A DNA stretch of 64,000 bases from a virus: the IMG/VR virus record IMGVR_UViG_3300042691_043547, positions 5,422-69,421 of that record. One strand, 5' to 3'. A model generated the notes under the pieces. That model searched no databases and was not told the origin of the DNA. It saw nothing but the letters and a program-made list of their open reading frames with translations. Within the stretch, counting starts at the first letter, position 1. Each line of letters begins with the position of its first letter. Below are positions 26,784-35,700 of the stretch, piece after piece. A program made the translations under genes and the position numbers.

Positions 26784-29700
26784 TGCGCCCTCTGCTCAAC
26801 CGGCTGACTATCCCGGATTGCCTGGGCGATCATCGGCCCGATAGCCTCGGTGACCGCCTTGACGATGGAATCCTGGCCCATCAGGTTGACCACGATGTCG
26901 TTCGCCCCAGACAGTTCGATCTGGCCTGGAATCTTGCCCACCGCCTCGTCGAACTTGTCCACAAAGGTGCCGAAGTTGGCCACGGCCCCGTTGAAGGTAC
27001 TAACCGAGGTGGAGAAGCCGGACAGCCCCTGGCTGATCTGGGTGGCAGCCTGGTTGAAGCGGGCGGCGACGTCGAGAAGGTCAGGCCCGCCCTGTGCCAT
27101 TCCTCCGTTGGCGAATCCCTGGATGCCGCCCACCACGCCGCCGTTGGCGAATTTCTGGACCTGTCTTTTGGGCACGACTAGTTCGCCTGGCTCCAGCAAG
27201 GCGGGGACGGTATCTCCAGACCCAACGCCAGGCACTATGCCGCCCGTAGCTCTTTTAACAATGTCTTTTTTGTCAAGATAAGGAGAATCTGCCAGTCGAG
27301 CATACATCGCAGCATGTATTGGGTTGCGATTGAGGCGCTCGTTGCTTTCTCTATTAAGTTCTTTCAGGCGATTTTCAACAAATCCCTTATTCTTTTCATC
27401 CCATTCCTTCTGCATTTTTGGCATGTTTTCTTCGTAGGTCGGGGCGTGGGCAAAGACCCGACCTTCAAACTCTTGCCTTTGCTTATCTTTCTCTGCGTAA
27501 AACTTCCTTAGTTTTTCTGCTCCACGCTTAACTCCACCTGGATCTCTAATGTCCTCAATGCCTTCTCGCACATGCCAACGAGCTATTTCATTGCCATGTT
27601 CTTCGCTTTGTTTTTTGGCGCGATAGTCATCCATCTTGCGTTTGGCTTCAGCTTCTTCTTCAGCCCGAACCTTTTCAGGATTTTTTATTTTGTTAATTTC
27701 TTGGAGATAGCGTGGATCGCCAGTTTTTAGATAATTTTCTTGGGCAATTTCCAACATCTTTTTAAGATGATTGGCTTCTGCCTCTTGACGATTTGGTTCG
27801 GCTTTATTTTGACCGTTAGCTCTAACTCTTGCGTTGTGGGCTTCGACTGGATTTGAAGCGGATGCCATATTTTCGTTAGCAAGAGCGGGATTGAGACGCA
27901 GCAGGCCACCCTGCAATGGATCGTTCCCGGCAGCAATAAATTGCTGTTGCTGTTTGATTTGTTGATCTTTTTGGGCTGCTGCTGCCGCTCCTCTAAGTGC
28001 GCGAGGATCAATGAACCTAGCAGCATAGTTCATTTGATTAAGTTGTTCTTTAGCTGCTACACGTTCTTCCATTGAGGCTTTGGTGTTTGCCGCCAACGCC
28101 CGAAGTTCTTTCGACCGAGCGATAAAGGCTTTTGGATCCTGCTGAAAAGAAGCGAATGCGTCTTGAGCACCAAGCATTTGACGCTGCGCATCCATTTGTG
28201 CAACTAACGGATTGGTCAAAGTTGCATATAGTTGTCGAAATTCAGCAATTTTTTCTTTGGTTCTATTTCTTGGATTTTTTAGTTCGTCACGAAGAGAGAA
28301 AAATTTAGCTTTGGCACCCGTGATTCCGCCATTGCCACCAATCATTTGGTTCATCGCTTCCATAGCGAGGAACTGTTGTTCATTTAGATTGCCATTATTA
28401 TTGTTTGCTAAAGGATTGACTGTATTTTTAACAGTTTGCGGTTGGAACCCCATTTGAATATTTCGGTTCCCGCCCCACTTCGCAGCGCCAGCAGGAACCA
28501 AATTGTATTTGACTCCGTTGATGACAACATCGCCACCTTCTGCATATCCTGGTAATTTTCCGGTAGAGTTAATATGGTCGAGATTGTTTTTCCCAATCTT
28601 GGAAGCTTCGCTTGGCGTGAAAATGTGTTCGCCAGGCATAACCATGGCTGGAACAACCCCGCCCCTAGCCATGCGAGGAAGAGCAGCTAAGGTGTCAGCA
28701 CCCAATTTTTGAACGGAAGACTTGCGGACAACATAGCTGCCTACCGGCAAATTGGCTCGGACAGAGTCAGTATTACCAACACCAGGCACCAGACCCCCAG
28801 AGGCAAATCCAAGAAGACCTTTGCCAGATTTGAATGCTTCAATTAGTCCGTTTGCGACACCAGGCCCTAAAACAGCTTGGCTAATAGCAATAGCATTTTC
28901 CTTTTGGCTCAAAAAATCTTGCTTAACTTTTTCAGCTTCATCAAGTTGTTTTTTGTTTTTTAGGCTTCTGTCCTTAAATACATCAGAGGCCTTTGGTAAG
29001 GTGGTGGGTGCACCATAAGCACTAGCTAGAATCTCAAGAAGAGCAGCGTCTTTGGCATAACCAAAAGGACCTTTGTCTTCAGATTTCTTTAGCATATTGT
29101 TGATTGCGCCCGGGTTGGAAGTTATCCACATCCCGATTCGATTTAAGGTCATCGCATTTTTTCGGCCATTAACTTCATCAAGGGCAGCTGATCGGCCTTC
29201 TGCGTCCACAGCAATGAGATAAGCTGCCTTCTCTGCTGAACTCAAACTGTCTGGGTCTTCATTAAATTTGCCTTGAGATTGAGCGGCAATTTTGCCCATT
29301 AGAACATCTAGAGCTGCTCTTTGGATTAGGGTCATTTTGTTGCGGTTTGCAGCGTAACCGCGAATTTCATCTCCCGTTACATCTTCGGTGGAATTAATAA
29401 GCTTGTCCAGCCCCATAGCAGTCATTTGGGCTTGTTCAGCAGGACTCAACTTATTTTCAAGTATGCGACGCCTTTTAATCTCCAAAAGCTTAGTTTGAAC
29501 AGCAGGGTTCAATTTATTAAAGGCATCGGCTTCCATGGCCATAAGCTGAAGCTTCATCAACTCCATATCTTGTTTAGGGCCAAACTGAGCATTATTGCGC
29601 TCTTCAAAAATCTTAGCGATACCTTGCTCTGGGGTCTGCAAAGAACCAATTCTACCTTGCTGAATTCCTTTTACCAAGTCATTAGCTTTAGCAAGCTTTT

Positions 29701-32700
29701 GACCTTCTGCTTTTTGATTTGCTAAATCATTTTGAGCCTTATCAATAAGGGCCGAAATCGTTTTTTCAAAATCAAAATCTAAACCAAGCTTTTTGGTTCT
29801 ATCTGTTTTTTTGGCCCACGCATCCATGTCTCCAGAAAATTCATTCGGGGAAGTAATTGCTAGACGCTGAAGGGCGTCGCCATAAATTTTACCAAAAATT
29901 CCAGGAGGATAATATTTTTGAAGTATTTTTGTGTCAATTTTTCGTTTTTCTTTTTCTTGCAATTCGCCAATTACAGGCAAGTTTCCAATTTCGTTATAGT
30001 CATTTGCAAAAATGACACTTGATGTCCAATCTTTTGCAGTTTTAGCATATATTTTTGTGTCAGTCCAAAGAGATTCAAATTCTCTGCGGAGAGGATCAAT
30101 ATCCCCCAAAAGTTTTAACGCTCCATCTTCGTTTAAGGTATTTGCCATACGATCAACATTATTAAGGAATAAATGCCTTTTCAAATCTGGCTCTGATTGA
30201 ATTATGTCATTCAAGCTAGAACCAATTCCAATTTTAAATTTATCATTAACATTATTTGTGAAAATTTCAGCTTCTTTTCCTACTTCGATAAACTTCTTTA
30301 CTGCCTCATATATTTCCGAAACGCCGACTTCAATTTTAGTCGGTAGGGTTTTTATCGCCTTTGCGATTCCCATTTTTCTTTTGCCAACATGATAACTTTC
30401 AAGGTCTCGGAAATTTAAAGTTTTATTTTTTTGATCTTCTATTGACATTAATTGAGCTAGGGCGTTCTTGATGCCAAGTTGCTCATCTGTTTCCTTGCCA
30501 GAAATAGATTTGATCCAATCTTTTTGCTTGTTGACAAATTTAAATCGCTCATCAGGCTTCATGTTTCTGAGCTGAAGAAGGAAAAGAATTTCTGAATTTG
30601 CGCGAGCCACTTTGCGAGCTTGCTCGGCAGCCTCCATAGTTTTTACAGGATTTATAATATCCGTAGTATCTGCTCCAATATTTTTTTGTGCGTTAGCAAT
30701 ATTATTTCTGGCTTCTTCAACCGTTCCACCATCTGCATATCCGGCGTTTATTTTCTCTAAAAGCTTTTTGTTTCTTTGGGCAGGTCCTGCCGCAACAACA
30801 AATTCACTAGGGTTAATTCTGGCGTTTACGGTATCAGAAGAATGGGGATTGAGACTGCCGCCCGAACCCCAGCCGCCCTTGTTGAAATAACGAACCATAC
30901 CGCCGTTAGCTCTTCCTTCGGGCCTAATAGCTAAGACTTCACCAAATCCCTGGACTTGTTGTCGCGCCTGATCAAGAGCGCCATTCAGTTCAGAGAACTT
31001 TTTGTTCGTGTTTCCGACAGCAGAAACAGATTCGCGCAATGTTTTGACGGTGATGTTGTCTCCTTCTTCCTTTGCGGCTTTAATAAGATTATCAATGATT
31101 TTGTTATCGATGGTGCCTTGATTGCGCAAATCTTTTCCGGCTTGAAAAATATTTGAATTTGTTCGTTCGTTGGATTCTTTCTGGTATGTGGTAATTGCGT
31201 AACGGAAAGCTTCTGCAATATTCTCTTTGTTGCCGCTAAGAGTCGAAAGATATCCCGCTTTCGCATCCATGCTTTCCGAAAATAATGAAAGCAGTTTTTT
31301 TTGGTCAACGGCAGAAGTGAATCCCATGTCACCAAACTTATTCATCAGGATGCCAGAGACATCACTTTTTGCAGTCCCTCGAGCATAATCGTTGCCTGCT
31401 AAAGCAACAATATCATCAACAAAACTATTGGTATTGCCTAATGCCTTATCGGTTTTGCCTTGGACAATTCGTTGGTTCTTTCCAGCCTCAAAAATAGCAT
31501 CAATACTCTTATTTTTTGGATCGTTCAAAGTATCTTTCAAGGCTTTGAACTGATCATCGGTTCCAACTCCGATTTTACCAAGCATGGAAGACTGGCCAAC
31601 TTGTTTCTCCAAGCCCTCCAGACGACTTTGTGCCTGCATCTGAAGGCTTTCCCGCATGAGCTTTTGATTTTCCATCATTGCTCGGGAAAGTTCATTGATA
31701 AAAGTTTGCTGGCCAGCTTGAAGTCTTGAGAAAAAGTCTGCTTGCAACTTTTGTTGCATTTCAACTTGAATGCGTGATGCTTCAACAGCAACATCATAAT
31801 TTGATTGAACAAAATTATCCAAAGCGCGCTCAAGAGCTGCCGTTTGAGGATCAAGGTCAAATGCGCCCCCAAAAGTTGTTTTCATAAGTTGAGTGGTCAA
31901 ATCCTTGACATTAATACCACCCAAACCTGGCAATTTCATTTGGGGCGACAACGAAGAAAGCAGACCAAAGATTTGATTTTGTTGTTTTGTCGAGAAAGTC
32001 GCCGCAGTCCCCATGCGGGCAGCAGCCGCAAGCAACCTGAATGAGGATGCTATTTCTGCTCGACCTTCCGTATTTGCCGTGGCGTAGCGAAGCCCAAGAG
32101 CCTGCCTGCCTTCACGGTCAGATTGAATTTTGGAAAGTTTCTCCTGGGCTTGGGATGTCCTTTCGGAAACATCCGTCAGATGCTTTAGGGCTTGGCCGAG
32201 TTCGGCGGCTTTGGTTTTAAGGGATGACAGTTGAGTGATTGCCGCATTTTGTTCGGCAATGTTGCCACCCTTTGTTGCCTTGGCTATCTGCTCTTCCGTT
32301 CGACGAATTTCGTCAAACACCCCACCCATGGCACTAGCAATAAATTGGGGATTTCCGGAACCGGGTCCGCCAAAACCAGTCAACCTTTGCTGCCTTGCTT
32401 GTTGTAGGCCTTGATTCATGTTGAAGAGACCTGCGTCAGCAGCGTCTTCAGAAATCAAACGCCTTTTGAGTCCAACCTGGATGCGATTACGCACCGAAGC
32501 CATTTCGGCCATATTGGCCTTGTCCATCAACTCTCCGGTGGCGCGTGTCCTGTTGGCGAGTTCCGACAAGCCTTCCGCAAACATGCGGCCACGCTCATCG
32601 AGGTTCTTGGCGATTTCAGTAAAAGATTGCTTAAGAGGTTCGGCCATGGGGCCAAGGAGCTTCTGGATAACCTTGCCCATATCCTGGCCGGTTTCACGAA

Positions 32701-35700
32701 GCATTTTACTGAAATCTTCTGACCCCAACTGACTAGAGACCATGTTTGTAACCATGGCCGCAGAAGTATTATCGACCCCGCGGGCAGCAAGACCTTTGCG
32801 AAGGTTTTCCCCGATTTGAACGCTCATGTCGGCTCCGGTGGCCAAATTGGCGACCGGTTGAGAACGCACGGCGTTTATGATGCCAGGCAAAAGACGTCCG
32901 GCAACGGTGACAGCGTCAGCAGTCTTTTCTGCGTCTCCACCCGCTACACCAGCAGTCTTTGTAATAGAACGAACAGCCCCCATAAAATCTTCACGGTCGG
33001 AACCAAGTGGTCTTTGGAGGGATTCTGTTAAGCCAGAACCAGAGAACGGAGTTGTGCTGCCATCCATAAAGTCGGAAACATTTTTAAGGGACGCAGTCAT
33101 CCGTGTTAATCGTTGAGTGGCAACTTCAACCGCAGAAGACAAACCGCCAAATGTGGCAGCGGAACGATTAATGTCAGTTTCGGAAGTTTGTTGTCGGCGT
33201 TTAAGAACCTCACTTTCTTTGGTTTTTTGGAACATATCAAACAGGGTTTTTCGGAACATCTCAGGGTCTTGTTCCGTGGCGGTGGCTACCCTTGAAAACA
33301 AGCGAGAGCCAATACCACCATTTTGAGAAAGGGCGGCTTCAAAATCTTTGCGAAGTGAAGCCGTATCTTGAATGTCTGCATTACCAGTATTACGAACGGC
33401 TTGTTCCTGCACTAATTTGGTTAGTGCGTCCATCATGGAGGCGGCTTGACCAGCCATTGCCTCCCGCATATTCTTTGTTAATTCAGTTTGGAAGTTTTCC
33501 TGAGACCCAGAAACTAAACCAAAAAGATAGGATGTATTTCTTCCGGATTTTGCGGCAGTTTCCCGATCAATTGTGTTAAAATTACCCTCAATAGTCTTAG
33601 AGTTTTGAGGGGTAAGGGCATAAGTGCCTTTGGCAAAGTTGGAAAGCGCATCGGTTGTTTTCTTGAGAGCTAGTCCGATTTTAGCTTCAGAAATCTCTTG
33701 AGCAGCTTCTTTGAAGGAATTAACAAGACCAAAAAGGCCACCTGTCGCAGCACCGATACCAGCTCCGAGAGGACCAAAAGCAGACCCAACCTGAGCGCCC
33801 GTAACAAGGCCAGACAATCCACCACTAAGCACTCTGGCGGTTTTATAAGAACCCTCTCTGCCGTTGACGGCGGCATTGTCAGCACTTCCAGCAACATTTG
33901 ACAATGCGTCCGACACATAACTGGCAATTACTTGACCACCCAAAAATCCAGATTGAGAAGAAAAAGCATTACCCAATACGCCTTTTGTAGAATTTAAAGC
34001 ATTTGAAAACTTCTGTTTTAGGCCACCGCCGTAACCTTGCTTTAAGGCTTCGGCATCAAGCAACCTGTTATTTTTGACAACGATTTCCGCACCGCTGCGT
34101 AGTGCGTGTTCAAACTTTTGAGTGGTAAGAAAGCGAGCGGTTTCTATATCTTTAATTTGATTTTGTTGTTGGACTTGTAGACTTACGCTGTCTACATACC
34201 GTTTCATGACATTGTTTTTGGCGTTTTCGGAGATGTCTTTTTTCTGGGCATCGCTTACATTTTTGCCACGACCTTTAGGGTCGATGACATCGTACATTTT
34301 TTGTATTTCGTCATTTAGTATTTTTCCAAGAGTATTTTTATTAGGATTGGCTCGTGGCGGGATAGTGCCTGCGCCGTAGGCAGCTTCAGCCCCACGGAAA
34401 TTGACCTTAACCTGGCCAGAGGCATCGGTGGAAGTAGATATGCCAATTCCTTGGAGTTTCTCTTGATTTTTTTCAAGGATGGCTCTTTGACGAACTTCCT
34501 CGGCTGCTGCTCCGCGGGCATCGCTTTCATAGCCAGAACGATAACCTTTAAGTAGGTCACGAGCCGACTTTGTAGACGATACACGCCCGGATTTGCTAAT
34601 CTTACCCAGTTCTTTGAAATCAATACCTTCGTTATCTGCAATCCTTTTGGCTATTTCCTGACGGGTTGTCGTTAATCTTTTTGCTTCGGCAACTGCTTCG
34701 GGGTCAAAGTCAGCTCTCTTTTGAAGTCGGTTTATGTTCCGGCTTAACTGCATGTATTGATCGATATCGCCGGCCCGACTTGTTGCCTGAGTGCGAATAT
34801 TACTGACTTGGTTGAGGCGCTCCTGAGCACGGCTAACCTGTTCGGCCGCTTTCATGATGCGGGTTGTCTGCATCGCAGCAACCTTTTGAACTCCCTTTTC
34901 ATTCATTCCGGGATTGTTGGTTCGCAAATTCTGTCCAATGGCCTCTTGCAACATTTGAGGCCGATAACCGCCGACTTTACGCAATTCACCCAAGAACTGA
35001 ATTGACTCCGCACCCGAAAATTGTGGCATTTCGGTGGAGTATGCTCCGATCTGATTGCCGGTTTTCATCGCTGATTCGATGAGTTCCCGGTATTTCATTT
35101 CGGATTTGAAAGCAGCGTAGCCACGCCTTTTTTTAGGGGGCGGTGGAGGGGGTGGAGAAGGAGGACTAGGTGGCAGATCAGAAGGAGTAGGAGGGCTAGG
35201 AGGACTTCCACCACCATCAGTAGGAATGGAGCCTTTGCCAGGAGGTCCACTGCCATCTAGCCTTCCAAAATAATCATTAAAATCTCGATATTCCTTGACG
35301 GAATTAAATCCCCAATACCTTGCTTCTTTTAATTCAGCATATACCTTAGAGTTATAAGCTTCATAACGCTTACGATCTTCCCTAGTGAGGCCTGGAGGCG
35401 CAACACGGGTGCCGGTTATTTTGTCAGTAGCCTTACTTATCGAAACAGTTGCCAATTCATTAGCAGCAATACCTGTGGGCAAAACAGCTTTGTGGCGTTC
35501 TGCGCGTCCCTGATTCATTCTTTCGGTAATGGCATGGGCTGCCAAATACCCTTGGGAGTTTTCTGGAAAAGTGCCGCCAGGCGTCTTTTCGTTACTGAGA
35601 ATTTCCCTAATCGGTTCTTTTACAATGACTTCCGGTTTGGCCGGAAGCCCTTCTTTTTTCTTGCGTTTTCCACGAACGGGAGCAATTCCTTCATCACGCA